This document shows, in pieces, positions 18,268 to 27,813 of a DNA stretch of 64,000 nt (the stretch's first letter is position 1; each line of letters opens with the position of its first letter). A program made the position numbers and the translations under genes. The stretch is from an uncultured Bacteroidia bacterium. Lineage in GTDB: Bacteria > Bacteroidota > Bacteroidia > Bacteroidales > UBA932. Location: positions 11,879 to 75,878 of the forward strand of contig CACXMA010000009.1 of the NCBI GenBank assembly GCA_902768665.1. The letters run 5' to 3'. The notes under the pieces are model-generated. The model was not told where the DNA came from. It did not search any database and worked only from the letters and a program-made list of their open reading frames with translations.

Positions 18268-19775
18268 TTGACAGGCGTCAGTCCCAGCCCGGCGGCGACC
18301 TCGCGCATCAGGGCGTCGGCGGCCTCGAAGCTGCTTTCGATCTTTCCGTCGAGGATGGCTTCCTTGACGGCTTCCTTGATCTGTCCGATGAGGTTGCAGG
18401 GCCCGATGCCGAAAACCTCCATCACGTACTCGCCCGTTATCGGGTTCTTCCAGTTGCGGATGGCATCCAGCGCCTCGACATCGGCGAGTTTGGCCATGAC
18501 CTTCTCGAAATTCGCGCGGATGCGGGCGACTTTGACAGGGTTCTTCGATGTGATGTCGGCGTTGCACAGGAGCATCAGGTCGTCGATGTCCTGCCCGGCG
18601 TCGAAAAGGAGCCGGCGCACGGCGCTGTCGGTCACTTCATCGTCCACCAGCGCGATAGGGCGGAGGTGTAGTTGGACAAGCTTGGCGACATATTTCATCT
18701 TCCAATCCTGCGGCAGCCGGAGGCTGGAGAAAATCTTCGGGACCATCCGCGCGCCGATCACTTCGTGCCCGTGGAAAGTCCAGCCCTGGCCCGGGGCGAA
18801 GCGCTTCGAGGCGGGCTTGCCGACATCGTGGAGGAGCGCCGCCCAGCGCAGCCACAGATTCGGGGCCGTCCGGGGCGTTCCGACCCATCCGTCACCGTCC
18901 TCCGCCGGGGTGAAATCCTGCAGGCGCCCTTCGGCGATGGCGGCCGCTTCCTCGGCGGCGACATTGTCCAGCACCTCGAGCGTATGGGAGAAATTCTCCT
19001 TGTGACCGCGGCCTTCGAGCGTTTCCACGCCCTTGAGAGCATCGATCTGCGGGAGAATGGTCCGAAGCAGGCCGGCCTCGTCGAGCAGGCGGAAAGCCAT
19101 CGACGGCCTCGGCGTGACGAGCATCTTGTTCAGCTCCTCGGCGATGCGTTCCTTCGAGAGGATCTCCAGGCGGGAAGCGTTCCGGCGCATGGATTCGATG
19201 GATTTGGGGACGATATGGAAAGGGTGCTCCGGCGTCGAGAGCTTGGCGGCGAAACGGATGCCGCGCAGCATCCGCAGCGGGTCGTCGCTGTAGGTCGTGT
19301 CCGGGTCCAAGGGCGTACGGATAATGCCGGAGGCGAGGTCGCGGATCCCGCCGAACGGGTCCACGAGGGCGCCGAAATCCTCCTTCTGGAGGCTGAATGC
19401 CATGGCGTTGATGGTGAAATCCCGCCGGGCCTGGTCCTCTTCGAGCGTCCCGTCCTCGACGAAGGGCTTCCGCGAGCCGCGGTCGTAGGATTCCCGCCGC
19501 GCCCCGACAAACTCCAGTTCGATGCCCTGGTACTTCAGCATCGCCGTACCGAAATTGCGAAAGACGCTCACCCGCGCATGCACCTTCTCCCCTACCGCCT
19601 CCGCGAGCGCGATGCCGCTGCCCTCGACGACGATGTCGATGTCGTCATTGGCCCGGCCGAGAAAGCAGTCCCGGACATAACCGCCGATCACAAAGGCCCT
19701 TACGCCCAGCTCGGCAGCCGTTTCCGACACCATCCCGAACACGGGATGATCCAAATATCCTTCCGTTCTTGTCAT
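18264..19775 (-). CDS. cca: CCA tRNA nucleotidyltransferase with HD domain
   Basis: GGYVRD, DIDIV, RRDFTINA, DDPLRMLR, ALLHDVGKP. Confidence 0.9.
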   Translation of the reverse strand: MTRTEGYLDHPVFGMVSETAAELGVRAFVIGGYVRDCFLGRANDDIDIVVEGSGIALAEAVGEKVHARVSVFRNFGTAMLKYQGIELEFVGARRESYDRGSRKPFVEDGTLEEDQARRDFTINAMAFSLQKEDFGALVDPFGGIRDLASGIIRTPLDPDTTYSDDPLRMLRGIRFAAKLSTPEHPFHIVPKSIESMRRNASRLEILSKERIAEELNKMLVTPRPSMAFRLLDEAGLLRTILPQIDALKGVETLEGRGHKENFSHTLEVLDNVAAEEAAAIAEGRLQDFTPAEDGDGWVGTPRTAPNLWLRWAALLHDVGKPASKRFAPGQGWTFHGHEVIGARMVPKIFSSLRLPQDWKMKYVAKLVQLHLRPIALVDDEVTDSAVRRLLFDAGQDIDDLMLLCNADITSKNPVKVARIRANFEKVMAKLADVEALDAIRNWKNPITGEYVMEVFGIGPCNLIGQIKEAVKEAILDGKIESSFEAADALMREVAAGLGLTPVK

Positions 19776-20176
19776 ACCATTTCACTCCATTTCGGGGCCC
19801 GGGGCAGGAAATCGAACTGCTCGCCGTGGCGCTCGAAGAAAAAGGTCTTCGGGCCGTTTGTGATGACGATATAACGGACGTCGAGCACGCGGTTGTAGCG
19901 GATCGCCTGGTCCACGACGGCCTGGTCGAGGACGATGTCCGGCCGCTTGCACTCCACGACCGCGAGCGGCTTCGTGTCGCGGCCATACACCACGATGTCG
20001 GCGCGCAAGGCCTTGTCACCGAACCGCAGCGACACCTCGGACATCATCATGTGGAGCGGCACGCCCATCCCCTGATGCAGCACATCGCCGATGAACCACT
20101 GGCGCACCTCCTCTTCGGGGGTCAGCGCCACCTGCTTCCGCCGCAGCGGATCCCACACGGTCCGGTTCCTGTCCAT
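19772..20176 (-). CDS. Standalone HsdR N-terminal (PD-(D/E)xK-like) domain protein
   Basis: WDPLRRKQVALTPEEEVRQ, RADIVVY, VECKRP, DQAIRYN, TNG. Confidence 0.8.
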   Translation of the reverse strand: MDRNRTVWDPLRRKQVALTPEEEVRQWFIGDVLHQGMGVPLHMMMSEVSLRFGDKALRADIVVYGRDTKPLAVVECKRPDIVLDQAVVDQAIRYNRVLDVRYIVITNGPKTFFFERHGEQFDFLPRAPKWSEMV

Positions 20177-20251
20177 GAACACAAAGATAGCGAAAAATCG
20201 GTAAACCGCTTGCCATTTGGGAAAAAAGTCATACCTTTGCAATCCCGTTAC

Positions 20252-20329
20252 GGGCGCATAGCTCAGCTGGTTCAGAGCACCTGCCTTACAAGCAGGGGGT
20301 CGGCGGTTCGAGTCCGTCTGCGCCCACCA
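20252..20329 (+). tRNA. tRNA-Val(TAC), CCA encoded
   Basis: GGGCGCA/TGCGCCC acceptor stem, TAGCTCAG D-arm, CT-TAC-AA anticodon loop, GGTTCGAGTCC T-arm; TACCTTTG promoter at 20232. Confidence 0.96.
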
Positions 20330-20369
20330 AAAAGCAGCGACCTTCCTCGAGAAAGGCCGCTGCTTTTTT
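20329..20369. terminator. Bidirectional intrinsic terminator
   Basis: AAAAAGCAGCG...CGCTGCTTTTTT between the convergent tRNA and barrel gene. Confidence 0.75.
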
Positions 20370-20383
20370 CATTGCCGGGTACT

Positions 20384-22855
20384 TTACATTCCCATGCCGG
20401 TGCCCATGCCGGTACCGGTGGCGGTGCCGGAGGACTTTTCGAGGACGTCTTCGTTCTCGATGGAGCGGGCCGCTTTCTTGACGGAGACACCGGCCTTGCC
20501 GAAGGTCCAGGAGAGGGACAGGGTAAGCTGGCGGACCGGGACGCGGACCGTGGTCATGCTTTCGTAGCCGTTACCAGCGGAATAGAGTTCGAACTTCATC
20601 TTGCTGCCGCCGCTGAGGTGCGTGAAGCCCTGGAGCGAAACGGAGAGCTTGTCGTCGAGGAAGGTCTTCGTCAGGGCGGCATAGCAGCCGGTAAAGCCGG
20701 AAGTCCAGCCCTGGAGGTTGTAATCCTTGGAGTTGTAGATGATTCCTTCGGAGAACTGCAGGTCCCACGGGAGGGTCTGCTGGCCGCCGGCGAAGATGTT
20801 GCCGGACCAGGCATTGTAGCTGTACCCCATCTGATCGTTGCGCGCGTCGGTATACGAGACGCCGGCGTTGGCATAGACGCGATGCTTCTTGCCGATGTTG
20901 ACGTTGAAGAAGAGGCTGCCTCCGGTAGAGCTCTGCTGAAGGATGTTGCCATAGGTCGTCTTCAGGATATTGTCCTCCATGTAGCTATAATCGGAGATGC
21001 CGTTTCCGGTGCGGCTGTGGGTCAGCGTCGCATTCAGCATGAAGACGGGCGAATAGAGGTTGTAGACGAGGGAGAGGTTGTGGGTCTTCTCGACGTCGAT
21101 GTCGGGATTACCGAAGCTCCAGTGCGTGGGATCCGACTGGCTGACATACGGATTGAGGTAGGTGATGCCCGGGCGGGAGATGCGTATGTTGTAGGACATA
21201 CCTATGTTCTGCGTCATGCCGAGGTTGTACTGCAGGCTTGCAGTGGGGACGAATGCACCGTAGTTGGTGGAGAAGTCCTCCCCGTTCCCCTGCTCCCATT
21301 CGACGTTCTGCCAGGTGTGCTCATAGCGGCCGCCGGCCTTGACACCCCACTTGCCGAAAGTGCCGCTGTACTCGGCATAAGCCGCTCCGATTCGGTTGTA
21401 ATAATCGTAGTCGGTGCTTCGGCCCAGACTGTAGAGATAGTCAGCAGACGGATAGGTCCGCATGTAGACATCCTGGGCGGAGGAATTCTTCCGGTAGATG
21501 AACTTGACACCGGTTGAGAGGGTGCCGGCCTTCTCGCTGATCGGGAAGGTGAAATCGCCCTGGAAAGTATGGTCCGTCGCGCTTGTCTTACCGTCCATCC
21601 GCTCCGACGGCATGGCCGCCGCAGGCTCATAGGTGTTGTAGGAGGAGACGCTGGCCGGGCTGCCGTTCATGCGGTAGGAGAAAGTCAGCATGCGGCCGGG
21701 ATGCCCGGCGAAGGTGCGCTGCCAGTCGATATCCGCATGGAAGTTGTTGAAAGGCTGCTTCATACCGGTCTCGCTGGTGTAGAGCTGTGTATAGTCGGCC
21801 GCGCCGGGAAGGCGGGTGTAGGAGGCTCCCGTCGCATCCTGCTTCATGCCGAAGAACATCCCGCCGAAGGAGGCGGAAACGAGGTTGAGCGAGTCGATCT
21901 CATAGCTGAGGGAAGCGTCGCCCATGAACATCGGGGAGCGCATGTCGCCCGTGGTAACCGTCAGGTTGTTGAACCCCTCGCCCGTAAGGAGCGATTCATA
22001 CTCCTGGCCTTTCTGGGTCATATAGCCGCCGTTCGCGTTGACGGAGAAGGAGAACTTGCCGCGCTGCATCGTGATCATACCGCCGGCGCCCTTGTCACGG
22101 TTGCCGGCCTGGAGACGGAGCGAGCCGTACTGCCCGTCGGAGACGGTGGAACTGCCGCCGGCGGCCCGGCTCGTCGTGAGGTTCAGCACGCCGCCGACAC
22201 CTTCCGCATCATACTTGACACCGGGATTGGTGATGACCTCGATGCTCTCGACAGCGCTTGCCGGCATCATCTTGAAGGCCGTGGAAGCGTTCTGCGACAG
22301 CATCTTGTTGGGCTTGCCGTCCACGGTGACGAGGAAGGACGAGGAGCCGTTGACGGTGATGTTGTCCTGGCCGTCCACGGTCACCATCGGGACCTTCCGG
22401 AGCATGTCGAGAACGGTCGAGGCCTTGGCGTCGTTGTCCTCGGAGACATGGTAGGTCATCTTGTCGACGTCCATCTTGACGAGGACTTTCTGCGCCGTCA
22501 CGGCCGCGGCCTCGAGCTGCTGGGCGTCGGTGACCATGACGAGCGTGCCAAGGTCGACGGTGCTGCCGGGCTTTTCGATCGTGAAATGCTTCTCGAGATC
22601 CTTGCGGCCGAGATTCGACACGACGACACGGTAGTCGCCCTTGCCGCTGAGGCGCTGGGAGAAGGTGCCGTCCGCCGCGACGGTCGTGAAGGCGATCGGC
22701 TTCTCGTGGCCGGAATCATAGAACTGGAGGATGGCGCCGACTTCCCCCTCGCGGGTGTCGGGATCGAGGACGGTGCCGCGGACGGTCGATTCGCCCTGGG
22801 CGAACAGGCTGAGCGACAGGAGGACGGTCGTTATGGTAAGGAAGATTTTTTTCAT
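20384..22855 (-). CDS. TonB-dependent-receptor-like outer membrane beta-barrel with N-terminal carboxypeptidase-like domain
   Basis: Signal peptide, plug (LDMLRKVPMVTVD..IEVITNP..GGVLN), amphipathic beta strands. Confidence 0.85.
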   Translation of the reverse strand: MKKIFLTITTVLLSLSLFAQGESTVRGTVLDPDTREGEVGAILQFYDSGHEKPIAFTTVAADGTFSQRLSGKGDYRVVVSNLGRKDLEKHFTIEKPGSTVDLGTLVMVTDAQQLEAAAVTAQKVLVKMDVDKMTYHVSEDNDAKASTVLDMLRKVPMVTVDGQDNITVNGSSSFLVTVDGKPNKMLSQNASTAFKMMPASAVESIEVITNPGVKYDAEGVGGVLNLTTSRAAGGSSTVSDGQYGSLRLQAGNRDKGAGGMITMQRGKFSFSVNANGGYMTQKGQEYESLLTGEGFNNLTVTTGDMRSPMFMGDASLSYEIDSLNLVSASFGGMFFGMKQDATGASYTRLPGAADYTQLYTSETGMKQPFNNFHADIDWQRTFAGHPGRMLTFSYRMNGSPASVSSYNTYEPAAAMPSERMDGKTSATDHTFQGDFTFPISEKAGTLSTGVKFIYRKNSSAQDVYMRTYPSADYLYSLGRSTDYDYYNRIGAAYAEYSGTFGKWGVKAGGRYEHTWQNVEWEQGNGEDFSTNYGAFVPTASLQYNLGMTQNIGMSYNIRISRPGITYLNPYVSQSDPTHWSFGNPDIDVEKTHNLSLVYNLYSPVFMLNATLTHSRTGNGISDYSYMEDNILKTTYGNILQQSSTGGSLFFNVNIGKKHRVYANAGVSYTDARNDQMGYSYNAWSGNIFAGGQQTLPWDLQFSEGIIYNSKDYNLQGWTSGFTGCYAALTKTFLDDKLSVSLQGFTHLSGGSKMKFELYSAGNGYESMTTVRVPVRQLTLSLSWTFGKAGVSVKKAARSIENEDVLEKSSGTATGTGMGTGMGM

Positions 22856-22858
22856 GGC

Positions 22859-23197
22859 TTACTGGTTGAATATGCTTGCGTCAAGGCCGAGCAGTTGCAT
22901 GCGGCGGCGGATTATGGGCAGTTCCTCCCGGAGGAAGGCCTCCCGCTGGACGGAGAGGACCTTCTCGCGGGCGTCGGGGGCGACAAAGTAGCCGATTCCC
23001 CGCTTGTTGTAGAGGATCTCCTCGCTGAGGAGTTTGTCGTAGGAGCGCATCATCGTGTTGGGGTTGACACCGATCTCGGCGCCATATTCCCGCACGGACG
23101 GGACCCGGTCATCGCCTTTGAGTTCGCCGGAGAGGATCCGGTCGCAGAGGCGGTCGGCGATCTGGAGATAGATCGGTTTGTCGGCGGTGAAGTTCAT
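22859..23197 (-). CDS. GntR (YtrA subfamily) transcriptional regulator
   Basis: KPIYLQIAD, PSVRE, VNPNT, KRGIGYFV; 112 aa. Confidence 0.92.
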   Translation of the reverse strand: MNFTADKPIYLQIADRLCDRILSGELKGDDRVPSVREYGAEIGVNPNTMMRSYDKLLSEEILYNKRGIGYFVAPDAREKVLSVQREAFLREELPIIRRRMQLLGLDASIFNQ

Positions 23198-23198
23198 A

Positions 23199-24029
23199 TT
23201 AATGGGCGATTTTACGGAGTCTGAAGAAGCATCCGGCCGCGAGGAGGGCGGCGAGGAGACCGGTGATGAGGGTCGTGATGCGCATGAAGCTGTCGCTGAA
23301 GTTGATCGCTTCTGCTTCGGACATGCCCGCTGCCATAGCCTCGAAATCAGGCAGGATATAAGGGGCGATGATCCCGAAGAGGCTGCTGACGACCATCATC
23401 ACGAAGATGGCGTTGAGAATCTTGTGGCGCTTGAACAGCAGGCCGCAGAGAAGGAAGAAGAGGTAGTTGAAGCAGGCGCCGACAAGGACCGGGCCGATCA
23501 GGCTGGCGATGGAGTAATGCAGCGGAATCTGTCTGGCGTCGAGGGCAGCGTTGAGCTCGTCGAATTTGACGTTCGCGAAGACGAAGGTGTCGTAGGTCCA
23601 CTGGTAGAGCGGGGTGCCGGTGTCGGGCAGGATGGCGCAGACAAAGCCGTCGATGAGGCCGTAGCAGACCAGGAAGAGCACCGGGATGACAACCAGGCAG
23701 ACGAGCATCATGGAGAGCCATTTCTCAAAGGTCGAGGCCGGGATCATGAGGAAATCGGAGCCTTCCTTGCGGTCGGTGATGAAGCCATAGGTCTTGGCCA
23801 TCAGCAGTTCGAGAACACCGAGGCAGATGAAGAATCCCAGCATACGGGCGGGGTCCGTGGCGGGGAACCAGTGCATGGTGAAGAGCAGTCCGCCGATGCC
23901 GCAGACGATCACGGTGAGGATGCTGCCGCAGCCGAGAAGAATGGCGGTCTTGGTATTGTTCCGCCACATGCGGGAAAGATCGAAACGGAAATAGCGGCCG
24001 AAGCGCTGGAAGTTGAAAGTATCGCTCAT
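23199..24029 (-). CDS. ABC transporter permease-like membrane protein
   Basis: FNFQRFGRYF N-terminus, FLMIPASTFEKW, about 6 TM segments. Confidence 0.75.
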   Translation of the reverse strand: MSDTFNFQRFGRYFRFDLSRMWRNNTKTAILLGCGSILTVIVCGIGGLLFTMHWFPATDPARMLGFFICLGVLELLMAKTYGFITDRKEGSDFLMIPASTFEKWLSMMLVCLVVIPVLFLVCYGLIDGFVCAILPDTGTPLYQWTYDTFVFANVKFDELNAALDARQIPLHYSIASLIGPVLVGACFNYLFFLLCGLLFKRHKILNAIFVMMVVSSLFGIIAPYILPDFEAMAAGMSEAEAINFSDSFMRITTLITGLLAALLAAGCFFRLRKIAH

Positions 24030-24038
24030 GGTGACGGA

Positions 24039-24872
24039 TTATTTACGGTTGGACAGAAGGGTGATGACCCGCTCGCGGCTGGCGTGGAGGGCGTTGAAGA
24101 AGGCTTCGATGTTGACCTTGGTCTCGACGCCTTCGTCGTTCGGGAGCACCTGGACGATGCCGCCGGGAATCATTTCGTTGTAAAGGGCGTCCGGAGAGAC
24201 GGTATCGAGCGTCTCGAAGCGGAAGGCGCGGCTGATCTGATCCAGAGAAGCATTCACGGCCACGGCACGGGCCTCGAGGATGACGATGCTGTCGATGATG
24301 TCCTCGAGGTCACGGACCTGGTGGGTCGAAAGGATGACGATGCTGTCGTCTGCCGTCTCGCGGGCCAGGGCCTTGCGGAACTGGGCCTTGGACGGGATGT
24401 CGAGACCGTTGGTCGGCTCATCCATATAATAATATTTGGCATGGCAGGCCAGACCGAAGGCGATCCAGGTCTTCTTGAGCTGGCCGGCGGACATCTGGTT
24501 CATGAGCTGCGCGGGCTCGACCTCGAAATCCTTCAGGAGATCATAGTACTTGTCCATCCGGAAGTTGGGCCAGAAGGCGCCATGCTCGCGGCCGAATCTC
24601 TCGGCGCTCTGACGAAGCGACAGGACCTCGTCCGGAAGGTAGAACTGGTCGGCCAGGAGGGAAGGAAGACGGTCGGCCGGAGCCTTGCCGTCCACGGTGA
24701 CAGAGCCTGTCTTCGGGGCCTTAAGGCCGGCCAGGAGGGTCAGGAGCGTCGTTTTGCCGACACCGTTCTCGCCGAGAAGGCCGTAGACATGGCCTTCGGA
24801 GAGGGGCAGATTGATGTTCTCCAGCACGGTGTTTTTACCGTAAGCAAAGGAGAGAGAGTCGATTTGTATCAT
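24039..24872 (-). CDS. ABC transporter ATP-binding protein
   Basis: GENGVGKTT, MSAGQ, MDEPTNGLD, STH. Confidence 0.92.
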   Translation of the reverse strand: MIQIDSLSFAYGKNTVLENINLPLSEGHVYGLLGENGVGKTTLLTLLAGLKAPKTGSVTVDGKAPADRLPSLLADQFYLPDEVLSLRQSAERFGREHGAFWPNFRMDKYYDLLKDFEVEPAQLMNQMSAGQLKKTWIAFGLACHAKYYYMDEPTNGLDIPSKAQFRKALARETADDSIVILSTHQVRDLEDIIDSIVILEARAVAVNASLDQISRAFRFETLDTVSPDALYNEMIPGGIVQVLPNDEGVETKVNIEAFFNALHASRERVITLLSNRK

Positions 24873-24880
24873 AACTTTTT

Positions 24881-24913
24881 AGTGTATTAGTTCGCTATTA
24901 CACTGCAAAGGTA
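24881..24913 (-). promoter_or_regulatory. Putative YtrA operator abutting a -7 promoter box
   Basis: AGTGTA-N12-TACACT (24881-24904), immediately downstream of minus-strand TACCTTTGC (24905-24913). Confidence 0.7.
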
Positions 24914-24954
24914 CGACAGTTTTTTGAATCTGCAAATTATTTTGCACTTTTTTC

Positions 24955-24987
24955 AAAAAAAAGCAGCGACCGGTTGGGTCGCTGCTT
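24955..24987 (-). terminator. Intrinsic terminator after aspA
   Basis: AAGCAGCGACC/GGTCGCTGCTT stem with T-run on the minus strand. Confidence 0.8.
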
Positions 24988-25007
24988 ATAATAATATAGG
25001 GTATCCC

Positions 25008-26417
25008 CTATTTGATGAAGTCGTGGGAGGCGGTCATGGCCTTCGGGTCGAGGGCCTCGTCGAGCTTCTCCTTGGACATGATGCCGTGCTCGAGGACGAG
25101 GTCATAGACGCTGCGGCCGGTCTCGAGGGCTTCCTTGGCGACCTTTGTGGAGGCCTTGTAGCCGATGTACGGGTTGAGGGCCGTGACGATGCCGATGGAG
25201 TTCTTGACCATGTCATAGCAATGCTCGGCGTTGACCGTGATGCCGTCGATGCACTTGGTGCGGAGGGTGTTCATTGCATTGATCAGCCAGGTCTGGCTCT
25301 CGAGGATGGACTCGACGATGATCGGTTCCATGACGTTGAGCTGGAGCTGACCGGCCTCGGCGGCGAAGCAGACGGTGGTGTCGTTGCCGATCACCTTGAA
25401 GCAGACCTGGTTCGTCACCTCGGGGATGACCGGATTGACCTTGCCGGGCATGATGGAAGAGCCGGGAGCCATCGGAGGGAGGTTGATTTCGTGCAGGCCG
25501 CAGCGGGGACCGGAAGCCATCAGGCGGAGGTCGTTGCAGGTCTTGGAGAGTTTGACGGCAAGGCGTTTGAGGGCCGCGGAGTAGCTGACATAAGCGCCTG
25601 TATCGGGCGTCGCCTCAACGAGGTCGGGGGCCTTCTCGAACTTGTCGCCGGAGAACTCGCTCATAAGACGGGTGCAGAGCTCGGCAAAACCGGGCACGGC
25701 GTTGAGGCCGGTGCCGATGGCGGTACCGCCCATATTGATCTCCTTGAGGAGGACGGCGTTGCGGTCGAGGTTCGCGAGCTCTTCCTCGAGGTTGTTGGCG
25801 AAGGCGTTGAATTCCTGTCCGGAAGTCATCGGGACGGCATCCTGGAGCTGCGTACGGCCCATCTTGATGATATCCTTGAACTCCTCACCCTTGGCGCGCA
25901 GCGAGACGATCAGGTCGCGGAGGGCCTTCTCGAGGTGCTTGTTCATGCGGTAGAAGCAGTAGCGGAAAGCGGACGGATAGGCATCGTTGGTCGACTGGGC
26001 GCAGTTGACGTGGTCGTTCGGGGAGCAGTACTGGTACTCGCCCTTCTTGTGGCCCATGAGCTCGAGGGCGCGGTTGGCGATGACCTCGTTGGCGTTCATG
26101 TTGACGGAGGTGCCGGCGCCGCCCTGGACCATGTCGACCGGGAACTGGTCGTGGAGCTTGCCGTCCACGATCTCCTGGCAGGCCCTCACGATTGCGTCAC
26201 CGATTTCCTTCGGCATCACGCCCAGCTGCGTGTTGGCGGCAGCGGCGGCCATCTTGACGTAGGCCATGGCGATGATGTACTCCGGATAGTCGCACATGCG
26301 GGTGTTGGAGATCTTGTAGTTGTTCAGCGCGCGCTGCGTCTGGACACCGTAGTAGGCCTCGGCCGGGACCTGGAGCTCGCCGAGAAGGTCGCTTTCGACT
26401 CTGAATTTCTGTTCCAT
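25008..26417 (-). CDS. aspA: Aspartate ammonia-lyase
   Basis: QGGAGTSVNMNANE, KMGRTQLQDAVP, GSSIMPGKVNPVIPE. Confidence 0.95.
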   Translation of the reverse strand: MEQKFRVESDLLGELQVPAEAYYGVQTQRALNNYKISNTRMCDYPEYIIAMAYVKMAAAAANTQLGVMPKEIGDAIVRACQEIVDGKLHDQFPVDMVQGGAGTSVNMNANEVIANRALELMGHKKGEYQYCSPNDHVNCAQSTNDAYPSAFRYCFYRMNKHLEKALRDLIVSLRAKGEEFKDIIKMGRTQLQDAVPMTSGQEFNAFANNLEEELANLDRNAVLLKEINMGGTAIGTGLNAVPGFAELCTRLMSEFSGDKFEKAPDLVEATPDTGAYVSYSAALKRLAVKLSKTCNDLRLMASGPRCGLHEINLPPMAPGSSIMPGKVNPVIPEVTNQVCFKVIGNDTTVCFAAEAGQLQLNVMEPIIVESILESQTWLINAMNTLRTKCIDGITVNAEHCYDMVKNSIGIVTALNPYIGYKASTKVAKEALETGRSVYDLVLEHGIMSKEKLDEALDPKAMTASHDFIK

Positions 26418-26438
26418 ATAAAAGAATGTGGTTATTGA

Positions 26439-27758
26439 TTATTTCAAAAAAGAAAGGATGCCGTCCACTGCGGCACGGGCGCTGCCGACCGCCTCGACGA
26501 CCGTCTTCGGGCCCAGCGTAAAGTCGCCGGCGACCCAGACATTGGTGGGAGAATCGTCCTGGAAGCCCATCCGGCCGCTCTCGTCGGTCACGGGCCAGCC
26601 CCAGACATTCGGCTGCCAGAGCACGCCGGAGAGGATGCCGAAATCCGGCTTCTCGCTGATGGCGGGCATAAGGACGTCGCAAGGGACCTCGTGGTCGGTG
26701 CCGTCCAGGATCTTCGTGACGAGCTTTCCCGTCTCGGGATCGGTCTCATTCCGGCAGTCGCGGAAGATGACATAGCCGTCCCCCACCTCGATCGGTGCCT
26801 GGAAGACGCGGAAGCGCACGCCGTCGGCCTTGGCCTCCTCGACCTCCATCGGGTTAGCGGGCATGTTCTCGAAGGTCTTGCGGTAGTAGACCCAGGTCTC
26901 GGCGCCGCTGCGGACCGCTGTCCGGCAGGCATCCATGGCGACATTGCCGCCGCCGATGACGATGACCCGCTTGCCCTTGAGGGCATACGAACCGGGATCC
27001 TTGAGATAATGCAGGGCCTCGACCACACCGGGCTTGTCCTCGCCGGGGATGCGCAGCAGCGCGGGCTTTTCCGCACCGGCGGCGATGAGAACGGCGTCGT
27101 AGTCGCGGCGAAGGTCATTCAGCAGGATATCTTTCCCAAGCGCCTTCCCGCCGAAGAAGCGGATGCCGGGCACGTCGAGAATCTTCTCGTAGATGTCGAC
27201 AAATTTCTTATCCAGACGGAAAGCCGGGATGCCGTAGCGCAGCACGCCGCCCATCCGCGGATTGGCGTCATAGAGATCGATGTCCGCGCCCGAGCGGTAG
27301 AGCCAGACGGCCGCGGCGATGCCCGCCGGCCCGGCCCCCACGATCGCGACGCGCTTGCCGCAGACAGACCCCACGGACAAGCCGTGGGGTGACGAAGCGT
27401 CACCAGCCTGCAGCGACATGCCGTCATTCCACGGCTTGTCCGTGGAATCTCTTTCCAGCTTATACTGGAACAGATACCGCTCCGACACCTCCTGCTCGAC
27501 ACTGTACCAGTGGATCGGCTCTCCCTTGACGTTCAGCACGCAGTGGCCGAAGCAGAACTGCTTCCAGTCACATACCTGCGAGGTAACGGCGGAAAGAGGA
27601 TTGTTGTCGAAGAGTATTTTTCCGGCCTCGTCGAGACGGCCTTCACGGTAAAGCGCCATGCACTCCGGAACGGACGTCCGCACGGGACAGCCCTTGAGGG
27701 AGCAGAACGGTTTCTTGCAGAGCAGGCACCTGCGTGCCTCATCTTGATTGTTGATCAT
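26439..27758 (-). CDS. GltD/PreT-like FAD/Fe-S NAD(P)H oxidoreductase
   Basis: EARRCLLCKKPFC..GCP, GAGPAG, LRYGIPAFRL, GGGNVAMD. Confidence 0.85.
   Translation of the reverse strand: MINNQDEARRCLLCKKPFCSLKGCPVRTSVPECMALYREGRLDEAGKILFDNNPLSAVTSQVCDWKQFCFGHCVLNVKGEPIHWYSVEQEVSERYLFQYKLERDSTDKPWNDGMSLQAGDASSPHGLSVGSVCGKRVAIVGAGPAGIAAAVWLYRSGADIDLYDANPRMGGVLRYGIPAFRLDKKFVDIYEKILDVPGIRFFGGKALGKDILLNDLRRDYDAVLIAAGAEKPALLRIPGEDKPGVVEALHYLKDPGSYALKGKRVIVIGGGNVAMDACRTAVRSGAETWVYYRKTFENMPANPMEVEEAKADGVRFRVFQAPIEVGDGYVIFRDCRNETDPETGKLVTKILDGTDHEVPCDVLMPAISEKPDFGILSGVLWQPNVWGWPVTDESGRMGFQDDSPTNVWVAGDFTLGPKTVVEAVGSARAAVDGILSFLK
27366..27450. repeat. Inverted pair of REP-like palindromes in-frame in the GltD-like gene
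   Basis: AGACCCCACGGACAAGCCGTGGGGTGACG (27366-27394) and CGTCATTCCACGGCTTGTCCGTGGAATCT (27422-27450). Confidence 0.8.
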
Positions 27759-27813
27759 GCCATATGTGGTTAAGCATACAAAGATAGCAAAAATGCCGAT
27801 ACTTCGCTACTCT

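Noticed and set aside
19772-20176. Type I restriction-modification system
   Set aside because: Only a small standalone HsdR-N domain; no hsdM, hsdS or helicase
20252-20369. tRNA-Val as island attachment site
   Set aside because: No adjacent integrase and no duplicated tRNA 3' end seen in the window
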